DNA of 64,000 nt from an uncultured Candidatus Saccharibacteria bacterium. GTDB taxonomy: Bacteria; Patescibacteriota; Saccharimonadia; Saccharimonadales; Saccharimonadaceae. The translations under genes were made by a program, and so were the position numbers. Positions 19,617 through 28,590 of this stretch are shown one piece after another. Position 1 is the stretch's first letter; each line of letters begins with the position of its first letter. The stretch is taken from contig CALHQH010000046.1 of assembly GCA_938036625.1 (NCBI GenBank), positions 11,034 through 75,033 on the forward strand, written 5' to 3'. The notes under the pieces were generated by a model. The model was given only the letters and a program-made list of their open reading frames with translations. It was not told where the DNA came from and searched no databases.

Positions 19617-19806
19617 TCTCTATGATAGCATCTTTGTGCATAAATGGGTATTATGTTGTGTATGTCACAATGTTTTTGCGGAGGTTTCTCTGTTGTGGTG
19701 TGCGCTGCGTAGTAGCGAGTAGCGATATCACACAGGCAACAAAACACCCAACTTGCGCGGGTATTTTGGTTTGATTGAGACCTATACGAGATGGGTATCG
19801 TCGTTA

Positions 19807-20325
19807 CTATTCCTGAGGTGTCTTAACGACATTCAGCTTGCTAATTCGCTCCATTGCATCGCTCAGACCTTCGCGAGTTGCAGGTAGCCATGTATCAGAT
19901 GCTTGGGCAGCTTCAGGGGTCTGCCCTTCTTTCCATACGATACGGTACACTTTTCCACCTTTTTGGTTGATGAAGTACCGTTCTTCTGTAATCGCTTCGT
20001 CAGTTCCTGTATCAATCTCTTTGATGACAAAACCAAGATTCTCCTGAGTCTTGTGTTCAGGTTCTCGGTCGGCATTATCTCACCACTCAACTCGATAAAC
20101 ACTTGCTGTTGTGCAAATATATCCAGATTCCGGTGACTCAAATTCAACAGATGTATCGCGGCATACTCGATGAAGGTCACGTCGTTGTACAGCGTCCGAA
20201 TGCTGCGCAAAAATGTCTTCGATAAACGCACGAGTCACTTCGCCAAGACTTGCCTCTTTCTCGTGGTCTGCGCCGTCCCGGTTCTCTGCTGTTACTGCTT
20301 GTGGCCCTGATACTTTTTGTTCCAT
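19807..20325 (-). pseudogene. orphan gene interrupted by one in-frame TGA (20080..20082)
   Basis: My translation gives MEQKVSGPQ..SVYRVEW-TGA-DNADREPEHK..GGKVYRIVWKEGQTPEAAQ..KLNVVKTPQE-TAG in a single frame. There is no in-frame ATG/GTG/TTG start after the TGA. AGGAG RBS before ATG 20325. Confidence 0.45.
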
Positions 20326-20416
20326 GTGGTGTCTACTCCTTGCTATGTTTATATGGCGAGGTTGATAATTACCCAATAGTACCCCATCACCATCCCATGT
20401 GTCAAATTTGATTGCA

Positions 20417-21085
20417 TTATAGCAACACCACCCGCTCTCTCGCCCACTCTAGTGCGGCGAGGCTGCGCTGGCGCGCTGCTGTGTGCTCGGGCGAGGGTTG
20501 GTCTCTCCCCCACCACTGGTTCCAGGCCCAATCGATGGGGTTGAGACACTCAAGGTGGTCGGTATGGTGCAGCCTGCCGTTGATAAAGACATCGTTGCGC
20601 TGAGTATAGATATGAGCATAGCCACACCGCTGGAGAGCGCGCAGGCTGGCAACGTTACCCTGCACCACAGCGGATTCGATGCAGTGCAGCCCCAGATTCT
20701 CAAAGGCGTACCACGTACGAGCATGGTGGCTAGCACTGGCAACACCCTTGCCCCAGTAATCTTTATCCACAATGATGATGCCGCTTGTGGCAGTGTGGAC
20801 GTGCATTCTCGTAATATTCACCAGTGATGTACCGCCTATCAGCCGCCGCGCCTCACCATCCTTGGCCCAGATACCCCAGACGATACTTTCTTTATCTGCG
20901 ATTGTTTTGTCATACCACGCTTGCTCGGTCTCGAGCGTCTGCGCCCGGTGCTCGGCAACATACTGCGTGACCGTCCCGCGCGCAAACCCCTCTACAAACG
21001 GCCTCAGCTCATCCCGCGCAAACGGCGCGAGCTCCAGCTCGAGCCCTTGCTTTGTCGTGACTGTCATCATTGGGCCAAATGCCAT
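20417..21085 (-). CDS. GNAT family N-acetyltransferase (RimJ/RimL-like)
   Basis: WGIWAKDG..LIGGTSL..VDKDYWGKGVASAS..ENLGLHCIESAVVQGNVASLRALQRCGY. AAGGAG before ATG 21085. Confidence 0.8.
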   Translation of the reverse strand: MAFGPMMTVTTKQGLELELAPFARDELRPFVEGFARGTVTQYVAEHRAQTLETEQAWYDKTIADKESIVWGIWAKDGEARRLIGGTSLVNITRMHVHTATSGIIIVDKDYWGKGVASASHHARTWYAFENLGLHCIESAVVQGNVASLRALQRCGYAHIYTQRNDVFINGRLHHTDHLECLNPIDWAWNQWWGRDQPSPEHTAARQRSLAALEWARERVVLL

Positions 21086-21171
21086 GGTGTGCTCCTTTCG
21101 TGGTGTTTTTTCTAGTATATCATTGGTGGGAGAATAATACACAAGGCGAAGGGCCACCCTCATCAGATACC

Positions 21172-21870
21172 TTACGGGCGAGAGAATGTGCTCATCACGC
21201 GCTTAACTCCACCACGGACAACGTCAAGCGTCGTAGGCGCGGCATTCTTCTTGGAGCGCTCAATGAGCCTCTTGACAACGTCCATATCCTCTACCTGGGC
21301 ATATTTACCAAGGTCCTTGCTTGGCTTTGTCTGTGTCTGCTGTGTATACCGCACAGCAAGTTCACCTGGGTCAATCATGTACTGCGCCCCACCAAGATCC
21401 ACCTGATGGACGAACTCTTCGTCGCCATAGCCACGGAAGCCAACGCCATTCATAACACACTGGATAGTTACGCCCTTTTCTTTCTGTTGCATTTGCCCAT
21501 TCTGTGTTGTCATATGCTCATACAGCTCTACAAGCACATATGTCGAGCCGTCGAAGACATCATGAGGTTGGAGATTATCCTCGTGCTGTTCGCAATATTG
21601 CTTTCGCACTGCATTTGCCGCCTTAAGCAGCTTAAACATCCGTGACGAATCTGTAGTGTCAGCTATGTCTTCCAAATCGTCAAGCGTCAAGTCGCTATAT
21701 GTCACATATCGTTGCAGGTCTGGATCTTCGCGTAACAAAGGTGCGCCCTCAAGCTGTTGACTAATAAATAAGTCAAAATTAGCCACCGCCTTCTCATACT
21801 CGGTCCGGCCCAGCATAGCTTCGAGAGTAGCAATGCCACCACTACCTGCCTCATGCCCTGCTTCGTACAT
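21172..21870 (-). CDS. hypothetical acidic protein (232 aa)
   Basis: Intact ORF with lower GC3. No motif recognised. Confidence 0.55.
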   Translation of the reverse strand: MYEAGHEAGSGGIATLEAMLGRTEYEKAVANFDLFISQQLEGAPLLREDPDLQRYVTYSDLTLDDLEDIADTTDSSRMFKLLKAANAVRKQYCEQHEDNLQPHDVFDGSTYVLVELYEHMTTQNGQMQQKEKGVTIQCVMNGVGFRGYGDEEFVHQVDLGGAQYMIDPGELAVRYTQQTQTKPSKDLGKYAQVEDMDVVKRLIERSKKNAAPTTLDVVRGGVKRVMSTFSRP

Positions 21871-21968
21871 ACTATAACTCCTTTTTGTTTATGGCATAAT
21901 GTATTGTACGGTACATCTTGATCTCATATTTGTCAAGTGTAGTATATCTGTACTACTACCCCACCACC

Positions 21969-21998
21969 AAAAAACCTCCCCAATAAGTGGGGAGGTTT
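21969..21998 (-). terminator. rho-independent terminator of rpsO
   Basis: CCTCCCC pairs with GGGGAGG, followed by TTTTTTGG on the minus strand. Confidence 0.75.
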
Positions 21999-22016
21999 AT
22001 TTCTCGCGGCGGGCGC

Positions 22017-22283
22017 TTATTTGCGCAGGCCGAGGGTTTCGAGCGTTGCTTTGTAGGCATCAAAGTTCGTCCGCTCAAGGTAGCGGAGCAGCCGCTTACG
22101 CCGGCCGACCATTTGCTTGAGGCCACGACGAGCCATGTTGTCGTGCTTGTTGGACTTAAGGTGTTCGGTCACCTCTTTGATACGAGCCGTCAAGATAGAC
22201 ACCTGCGCCTGTGGGCTGCCGACGTCGTTCTTGCTGACCTGAGTCAAAGCAATCGCTTTCGCTTTGTTATCCTTAGTAATCAT
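22017..22283 (-). CDS. rpsO: 30S ribosomal protein S15
   Basis: ..GSPQAQVSILTARIKEVTEHLKSNKHDNMARRGLKQMVGRRKRLLRYL.. Confidence 0.95.
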   Translation of the reverse strand: MITKDNKAKAIALTQVSKNDVGSPQAQVSILTARIKEVTEHLKSNKHDNMARRGLKQMVGRRKRLLRYLERTNFDAYKATLETLGLRK

Positions 22284-22336
22284 ACTGGTGTATTGTAGCA
22301 GGAGGGCGGCGTGGTGTCAATGTAGACATGTAGACG

Positions 22337-23101
22337 CTAGCGACAAAGCGCCTGGTGTGCCTGATCAATCGAAGCAACCTGCGCGGCAGCATCTTCTCCT
22401 ATATAACCAAGCTGCGAAAGTTTCTGCATAAACTGCTTCTCGTCATCCTCTTTCACCAAGCGCCGTGCATGATTATACGTTTCAAAGAACGCCATCTTCA
22501 CCGCTGGATGCTCCTGAGCAAGTGACCTCAGTTCTTTTCGCGCATCATCTGTCATCGTTAGATGCTTCTTAAATAACGTGCTATACAGTCCTCGGACGAG
22601 CTCAACCTCGGGAAACACCGCTCCAGTACGAAGCAATGCTGGCGTCGTTCCATGGTACACATCTACAAAGCCGATGCTCTCTATATCTTCTTCCGACTCC
22701 AGTGTTGCTACATCGACAGTTGGAGCACGCAAACGAGCACGAAAGTTGTTTGGGTCTTCCGTATTACGCAACCCATGCTGGCGAAGAAATGCCTCCCAAA
22801 ATTCGTCCTCGTCCTTATATGGTGAAGTGCGATCCACTGTACTATCTGCTGCTGGCCACCCCCAGTGTGCATTCACCTCATCTATTGCCACTTCGTCTGC
22901 ACCTGGGCGCTGCTTAGCCTCTGCGAGCGTAAGTGGTTGCATACTACTTACCAGAGGCTCGTGACCCTGTAGCTGCTCGTCGATTGCTGCAGCAATAGCT
23001 CGCAGCTCTTTACCGAGTCGTTCTTGCTCGGCTGCTAGTTGCTCAGGCGTCATACCGCCAATTATTCTTACCGTGTTGGGATTTATCTCGTTATTTGCCA
23101 T
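22337..23101 (-). CDS. hypothetical acidic protein (254 aa)
   Basis: Intact ORF. No motif recognised. Confidence 0.55.
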   Translation of the reverse strand: MANNEINPNTVRIIGGMTPEQLAAEQERLGKELRAIAAAIDEQLQGHEPLVSSMQPLTLAEAKQRPGADEVAIDEVNAHWGWPAADSTVDRTSPYKDEDEFWEAFLRQHGLRNTEDPNNFRARLRAPTVDVATLESEEDIESIGFVDVYHGTTPALLRTGAVFPEVELVRGLYSTLFKKHLTMTDDARKELRSLAQEHPAVKMAFFETYNHARRLVKEDDEKQFMQKLSQLGYIGEDAAAQVASIDQAHQALCR

Positions 23102-23149
23102 ATATCAAGTATGGCAGTAGTAGGACTATGAGTCAAATCGAGGGGTTTG

Positions 23150-23848
23150 TTACCACCCCACCCGCACGTCATACTGCGCCGTCTGCCCCGGCACTAGTAC
23201 TGTGGCACGAGACGGGCTATCGGCGAAGGAGTTGCCACTGTGTGTTGGCTCGACACAGAGGTACGAACCCAGCCCATCCGTCCAAACCGCCCAGCGAGGT
23301 AATTCCTCACTCTGCAGCGTGATGGTGCGCCGGCCCGTGGCAAGCTGGCGCGTGGGCCCATCAACGAAGATCGTATCGGCGAGTGGTGCAAGGTCGGTGA
23401 GCGACTGGCCATCCAGCACGAGCGTGCCATCATATGCAAAATACGGGTGGAAGGCTGGTGCCACGAGGAGCTCCTCCTCGCCAACATTCACCAGTGTGAG
23501 CTGCATTGCAAGCTGGTGCTCCGCCACCGTATACACCAAGCGAGACTCCAGCCCAGCATAAGCACCACCCCCCTGCAGCATGAGCTCCACTCGGTCGCTG
23601 GTGTGCTCCACCACTTGCCACTGGCTCGTCCGGCCAAAGCCATGCTGCGCCAGGCCACTCGCTCCACCGGGGCCGAAGTTGGGCAGGCAAACATGGCAGC
23701 CACCGCGCGTTTTGCGCTCGCCATCAGGGGTGGTGAGCTGCTGCAGTGGGTAGAATACATCCCCATGCTCGTCGGCCAGGCTGGTGATATACGCACCGTC
23801 TGTGGTGATAGTTGCGGTGGTCGTGCCAGTGTGTAGCGTGATGTTCAT
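23150..23848 (-). CDS. aldose 1-epimerase family protein (hexose-6-phosphate mutarotase-like)
   Basis: GGCHVCLPNFGPGG..LAQHGFGRTSQWQV..APAFHPYF..YLCVEP. Confidence 0.7.
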   Translation of the reverse strand: MNITLHTGTTTATITTDGAYITSLADEHGDVFYPLQQLTTPDGERKTRGGCHVCLPNFGPGGASGLAQHGFGRTSQWQVVEHTSDRVELMLQGGGAYAGLESRLVYTVAEHQLAMQLTLVNVGEEELLVAPAFHPYFAYDGTLVLDGQSLTDLAPLADTIFVDGPTRQLATGRRTITLQSEELPRWAVWTDGLGSYLCVEPTHSGNSFADSPSRATVLVPGQTAQYDVRVGW

Positions 23849-23882
23849 CGGTTGCTCCTCGCTTTTTTATTATTGCTTGTGG

Positions 23883-24587
23883 CTAATCAACAATCCCAAA
23901 ATCCTGCAGCTGCTGCGCCTGTGCCACCGGCCAATCAGCAATCGCCGTACGCCGCAGCGCAGCGCAGTACGCCCCCGTGCCAAGCTGCCTGCCAATATCC
24001 ACCGCCAGGCTGCGAATGTACGTACCACTGCTCACCCGCGTGCGAATGACGAGCCGCGGATACTGATACTCCAGCACCTCCAGCGAGTGGATCGTAACGG
24101 TGCGCTCTGGCAACTCCACTTCTTTACCATCACGCGCGAGCTTATAGGCCCGCTGGCCGTTGATCTTAATGGCACTAAAGATCGGTGGCCGCTGGCGAAT
24201 CTGGCCAATGAAGTGCTGCAGCACCTTACCAAGCTGCTGACGTGATGGCGGTGCGATAGGTGCTTTAGTATCTTCTGACAGATAGGGTGTTATCTCCCCT
24301 TCTGGGTCGCCTGTGGTGCTGGTTTGACTCAGGATAATCGTCGCTTCGTACGTCTTGTCGAGCTTGGTGTAGCGCATGGCATTGCGGCACTCCGTGCCCG
24401 TCACCAGCAGCAAAAGGCCCGTCGCAAAGGGGTCGAGCGTACCGCAGTGCCCCACCTTCACCTTCTTGCCAGCCTGCTGGCTCAGCACCCGCCGCACCCG
24501 CGCCACCACCCCAAAGCTCGTCATACCAGCTGGCTTGTCGATGTGGAGAATGCGATCGTATGATGAATCAGATGTTTGGTGTGTCAT
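23883..24587 (-). CDS. truB: tRNA pseudouridine(55) synthase
   Basis: ILHIDKPAGMTSFGVV..VGHCGTLDPFATGLLLLV. Confidence 0.9.
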   Translation of the reverse strand: MTHQTSDSSYDRILHIDKPAGMTSFGVVARVRRVLSQQAGKKVKVGHCGTLDPFATGLLLLVTGTECRNAMRYTKLDKTYEATIILSQTSTTGDPEGEITPYLSEDTKAPIAPPSRQQLGKVLQHFIGQIRQRPPIFSAIKINGQRAYKLARDGKEVELPERTVTIHSLEVLEYQYPRLVIRTRVSSGTYIRSLAVDIGRQLGTGAYCAALRRTAIADWPVAQAQQLQDFGIVD

Positions 24588-24593
24588 GTGGTT

Positions 24594-24599
24594 AGTATA
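24594..24599 (-). promoter_or_regulatory. -10 box TATACT, 6 nt upstream of the truB ATG
   Basis: Minus strand reads TGcTATACT aaccac ATG. Confidence 0.5.
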
Positions 24600-24671
24600 G
24601 CATGACGGAGCAAAAAACCAGCCGTGGTAGCTGGTTCTCTGGGTGTTTTTATATTGCTAGAGTGGTAACCC

Positions 24672-26216
24672 CTACTTCTCCGGTACGTGGAATTGCGATG
24701 GATTGGCTTGGTCTTTCTTGGCCTTGGCCTCAGACTGGAGTGCAGCATCGAGCTGGGCCATGGGGTTGTCGGCATCAGGCCCAGGCAGTGGTGGCACACC
24801 TGGTGGCAATGGTGGCAAGCTGGAGAAATCTGGCATTGGTGGCAGCGGTGGCAAGGCTGGGCCTTCGGCGTCATCAGCTGGCGCGGCACGGTGCTTGGCA
24901 TCGAGATCGGCCAGGGTTTCTTTGCCGGTTGGCGGCGGGAGGATGTCGTCGTTGTGAGCCATTGGCACACGCGGCATGTCATTCACATTGGGGACAGTTG
25001 GCTCATGGTCGAGTGCTGCCGTGGCGGCGTTGAGCGGCGCTTGGCTACCCGGTGTGTCGTCACTGTCGAGGTAGCGCCCACCCTTGTGCGAGAGGATGGT
25101 CTTGTTGCGGCCATTCTCACGCTCGCGGCGCTTGTCATCGGCTGCTTGCTTGGTCGTGGCATTGAGTGTACCACCCAGGCTTGGCTCACTCAGCGGTGTC
25201 TCAATGGGCTGGCGCCATGGCTCAGCGCTGCTGTTGCGCCCCGATGAGCGCCGTGGAGCTGGTGCGGGCTCAGGCTGTGGGTTATTCTTGGCCAGCTGCT
25301 GGGCTAGCTCAGCTTCGTCAGCGTCGGTCTGGCTTAGCTTTTTTTTTCCAGCCTCGGCATTATGCGAGATGACGAGTGATTTATCTTTGTTATTTGCCTG
25401 AGCAGGCTTCTTACTGGCCGGCTTGGCAGGCATTGGGCCTGCAGCCAGCTGCTTGGCCTCGGCGAGCTTGGCCGCAATCAGCTGCTGGTCACCGCCAGCA
25501 CTCATCAGTTGTGCGGCAAGGGTCATAACGCGCGAAGTGGTCTTTTCATTACTAAAGCGCTCGGTGGCCGCTACAATGCCGGTCAAAAAGGCCGTAGCAA
25601 TATGCTTGTCGAGGAGCGGCTGCTCATCATCCGTACTATCAAAGCCCTGAGCAAGGCTTGCCGCCAGCTCACTATAGCTGCTGGCTTGCGGATCCGTCCA
25701 GACGATATTACCCAACGTGCCTGGTGCATCAATATGCAGCGCTGCCACTGGCGACTCACGCAGGATGCGGCCATGCCCTTTGAGCGCTGGGTCGAGGTCG
25801 TCCTCGCTACGCACACCGATCGTCACGACAAACTGCACGTTGTAATCACCCTGGCTAAATTCCAAATCACTCTGGCTAATCGTTGCGCGATACGGCGTAA
25901 TGAAAATCTTAACGAGGTCGCCATCCAGCTTGTAGCGCAAATGGTCGGCCTTTTCCTTATCAAGGGCAATGATGAAATCTCGCAGACTATCCACCGTGCT
26001 CTCAAAGGTACGCTCTGGCTCAAGGAAGCCCACTGCCGTTGGCACATCCCCACTAAAGACGGCTGTGGCGTGCTTGTCGAGCTTGTTGAGCAAAAGCGTC
26101 AACCCCAGTGCTGCACTCAGCTCATCTACCGTGGGGTGGGCGTTGACCGCCACCAAAATATTATTACTCTCACCTAGTTTGTCGATGATTTGTTGCCGCA
26201 CCTTTATCTCGTCCAT
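24672..26216 (-). CDS. DHH/NrnA-like protein with degenerate catalytic motifs and a roughly 250-aa Pro/Ala-rich disordered C-terminal tail
   Basis: The fold-like N-terminal 270 aa contains AVNAHPTVDELSAALGL and FLTGIVAATERFS. Active NrnA-type enzymes carry H..PDGDA.GS and GIVTDTG.F at these positions. Confidence 0.6.
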   Translation of the reverse strand: MDEIKVRQQIIDKLGESNNILVAVNAHPTVDELSAALGLTLLLNKLDKHATAVFSGDVPTAVGFLEPERTFESTVDSLRDFIIALDKEKADHLRYKLDGDLVKIFITPYRATISQSDLEFSQGDYNVQFVVTIGVRSEDDLDPALKGHGRILRESPVAALHIDAPGTLGNIVWTDPQASSYSELAASLAQGFDSTDDEQPLLDKHIATAFLTGIVAATERFSNEKTTSRVMTLAAQLMSAGGDQQLIAAKLAEAKQLAAGPMPAKPASKKPAQANNKDKSLVISHNAEAGKKKLSQTDADEAELAQQLAKNNPQPEPAPAPRRSSGRNSSAEPWRQPIETPLSEPSLGGTLNATTKQAADDKRRERENGRNKTILSHKGGRYLDSDDTPGSQAPLNAATAALDHEPTVPNVNDMPRVPMAHNDDILPPPTGKETLADLDAKHRAAPADDAEGPALPPLPPMPDFSSLPPLPPGVPPLPGPDADNPMAQLDAALQSEAKAKKDQANPSQFHVPEK

Positions 26217-26325
26217 AGCTCCTACTTTTGCCTTACCCAAAACTCCATCTATCCTACCATAAGTAATTTTCTTTCGTCAATGGCAAGTCGCGATTAACAG
26301 AGGTAGGTATGCGAAGTATAGCAAA

Positions 26326-26350
26326 GAAAAACACCTCTCCCTCGAGGTGT
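26326..26350 (-). terminator. rho-independent terminator of rpsT
   Basis: ACACCTC pairs with GAGGTGT, followed by TTTTTC on the minus strand. Confidence 0.65.
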
Positions 26351-26378
26351 TTTGGTGTCTGCTCTTGCTACTTCTGTG

Positions 26379-26633
26379 CTACGCAAGCTTGACGCCGGCA
26401 GCCTTGGCAGCCTTGGCGAGCGATGCCTTGCGGCGGCTCGCAGTGTTTTTCTTGAGCAACCCCTTCTTGACGGCTTTGTCAAGCTCGCTCTGGGCCTGGC
26501 TCAGGGCGGCAGCGCTTGGCTCAGCAGTGAAGGCCTTGGTGCTAGCCTTGATGGCGCGCTTGGTAGCAATGTTGCGCTGGCGGCGAGTGGCCGTTTGCTT
26601 CATGCGTTTGACAGCTGATTTGATGATGGGCAT
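26379..26633 (-). CDS. rpsT: 30S ribosomal protein S20
   Basis: MPIIKSAVKRMKQTATRRQRNIATKRAIK.. Confidence 0.95.
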   Translation of the reverse strand: MPIIKSAVKRMKQTATRRQRNIATKRAIKASTKAFTAEPSAAALSQAQSELDKAVKKGLLKKNTASRRKASLAKAAKAAGVKLA

Positions 26634-26763
26634 TAATTTCCTCTATCGCTTGTTATTATGGGTTAGTACTACAATCAAGCGCTCATTATAAGGCATGGCG
26701 CAGGATTTGTAAAGAGCCGGCCAACCTTAGGGCTACTACCGCTCGCTCTTTTGCGACATAAAT

Positions 26764-27705
26764 CTACCGCCCCGCCACCGCAAACAAAAAACTCTCCACT
26801 GCATCCCATGGCGGCACGCTCGTCGTCTTCATATCGACATCAAGCTGGGCAGCGCGCTGGGTGAGGGTGCGAATATCAGCTGGCGAGACCTGCCGGGTGA
26901 GTGGCTTGGTTTTTTTGACGACATAGGGGTGGAGCGAGAGCTCGCGCGCAATCTCTGCCTCCCCTGCCTCGCCATAGTATGCAATCGCCGCCAGCTGAGC
27001 CCACTGCGCCCAAATAAGCGCTGCGGTTTGGTATGGGTCGTGGCTCAGGCGTAGCTCATCCAGGGCAGCTCGCAAGGCTGGACCTCGGCGCTCTACCGCG
27101 AGGGTTACGACATCAAAGACTGAGAACTCACGGGCTGGTGGCAACACGGTGGCAATTGCATCATCGGTAACAGTGTCGAGCTGAGCCAACGCGTCGATGG
27201 CGTGCGCCAGCTGCAGTTGGTCGATCGTCCCACCATATCCCTTTTCGTCCGGCACCAGAGCGCGCTCTACCATGCTGCGCAGCTGCGCTGAGCTCAGCGA
27301 CACGCCGCGTCTATTAGCTAGCTGGCGCAGCCACCGCTCGGCGGCAGGGCGCTGGCGGTCGGTCAGTGGGTCTGCAGCGATAATAGTCGCGGCTTTGTGC
27401 AGTGCTTTGTACGTTTTGGTGCGCTTATCGACCCCTGGCTCTACCAGCACAAGCGTCGTCTCGTCAGGAATATCATGTACCCACTGACCAAGCTGCCCCC
27501 AAAGATCTGGGCGCTCAGACAGGCGTCGCAGCACAATGAGCCGCTGCGCCGCAAAGAGCGACACACCGCGCACCAACTCAGCCAAACCCGCGGCATCAAG
27601 CTGCTGAGTATCGATGTGTTCTGCTGGCACTGGCGCGTGCTGAGTGATCTTCGCCAGCTCTTGCTCTGCTACGTAGCTATTCTTCCCCACAATGAGATAA
27701 AGCAT
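26764..27705 (-). CDS. holA: DNA polymerase III subunit delta
   Basis: 313 aa starting MLYLIVGKNSYVAEQEL. Position next to rpsT is typical. The family is divergent, so the call rests on size, N-terminal motif and context. Confidence 0.7.
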   Translation of the reverse strand: MLYLIVGKNSYVAEQELAKITQHAPVPAEHIDTQQLDAAGLAELVRGVSLFAAQRLIVLRRLSERPDLWGQLGQWVHDIPDETTLVLVEPGVDKRTKTYKALHKAATIIAADPLTDRQRPAAERWLRQLANRRGVSLSSAQLRSMVERALVPDEKGYGGTIDQLQLAHAIDALAQLDTVTDDAIATVLPPAREFSVFDVVTLAVERRGPALRAALDELRLSHDPYQTAALIWAQWAQLAAIAYYGEAGEAEIARELSLHPYVVKKTKPLTRQVSPADIRTLTQRAAQLDVDMKTTSVPPWDAVESFLFAVAGR

Positions 27706-27708
27706 CGG

Positions 27709-28590
27709 CTACTCCCCCACTTTCACCTGGCACACTGGGCAAATGTGCGTCCCGCGGCCTGCCACGCGAATCTTCATAATCGCTACGTCGGGGTGGCGCG
27801 GGCAGGGCTGCCCCTCACGCCGAAACACCTGCGCAAAGGCTAGGTAGCTCCCCTTCTTACCTTCAGCATCGACGTAATTGCGGTCGGTGCTGCCACCCTT
27901 ATCAATACTGAGCTGCAGCACCTGCCGAATATAGGCAAAGAGCGCGGCAAGCTGCTCATCATCCACCATACGCACCCGCGTGGCGGGGTGGAGCTGCGTC
28001 ATCCATAGCGATTCATCGGCATAGATATTGCCCACGCCAGCGATGGTGGTTTGGTCGAGGATGGCCGCCTTGATGGTCGTACCATTGCGCCGACGAATGC
28101 GCGCGATGAATTGCGCCGCCGTAGTATGCGGGTTAAGCGGCTCGGGCCCGACTTTTTGCATAAAGGGCAGCTGCCCTACCTCTGGTGTGGGGTAGAGCTT
28201 CATCCAGCCAAATTTGCGCAGGTCATTAAAGTACAAATGCGCGCCATCCGCAAAGGTCAGCGCTACCCGCGTTAAGCGGTCAGGTAGTTCGTGGAGAAAG
28301 CTATCGTTTGGGTGGCCACCACCCCAGCGCTCCTCACCAACGAAGAGCAGTTGGCCCGTCATCTTGAGGTGCACCACCAGCGTGTAGTTGGTGCTCAGGC
28401 GAATCAGCAATACCTTAGCGCGGCGCTCCACCGCCGTGATCGTTGCACCATGGAGAAAGTGCGCCACTGCCGTAGGGTCGTTAGGAAAACTCTTGGGCGA
28501 GTCGTACACCGTACTTGCCACAACCTGCTTCCCCACCACCAAGCGAGCTAAGCTCGCACGAATCGTCTCAACTTCGGGGAGCTCAGGCAT
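27709..28590 (-). CDS. mutM: formamidopyrimidine-DNA glycosylase (Fpg/MutM)
   Basis: Starts MPELPEVETIR. C-terminal zinc finger CPRHPD..C..CPVCQ. The ATG at 28590 overlaps the stop of the upstream gene. Confidence 0.85.
   Translation of the reverse strand: MPELPEVETIRASLARLVVGKQVVASTVYDSPKSFPNDPTAVAHFLHGATITAVERRAKVLLIRLSTNYTLVVHLKMTGQLLFVGEERWGGGHPNDSFLHELPDRLTRVALTFADGAHLYFNDLRKFGWMKLYPTPEVGQLPFMQKVGPEPLNPHTTAAQFIARIRRRNGTTIKAAILDQTTIAGVGNIYADESLWMTQLHPATRVRMVDDEQLAALFAYIRQVLQLSIDKGGSTDRNYVDAEGKKGSYLAFAQVFRREGQPCPRHPDVAIMKIRVAGRGTHICPVCQVKVGE

Noticed and set aside
20080-20082. In-frame TGA as evidence for an alternative genetic code (UGA read as Gly or Trp, as in some CPR lineages or Mollicutes).
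   Set aside because: TGA ends genes at natural C-termini elsewhere in the window: Rrf2 at 6960, HAD at 29116 with an ATGA overlap, and both WhiB-like genes. All conserved housekeeping genes translate full-length with the standard code and have no internal TGA.
19863-20231. 122-aa ORF in the track (MRLSKTFLRSIRTL..), as the real gene at this locus.
   Set aside because: It overlaps a frame with much better coding character. It is rich in AGA, AGG, TTG, TCA and ATA codons and in R/L/S/K residues, as expected for an off-frame reading of an E/K/D-rich gene. I keep it only as the minor alternative (70 aa from ATG 20075) described in the finding.
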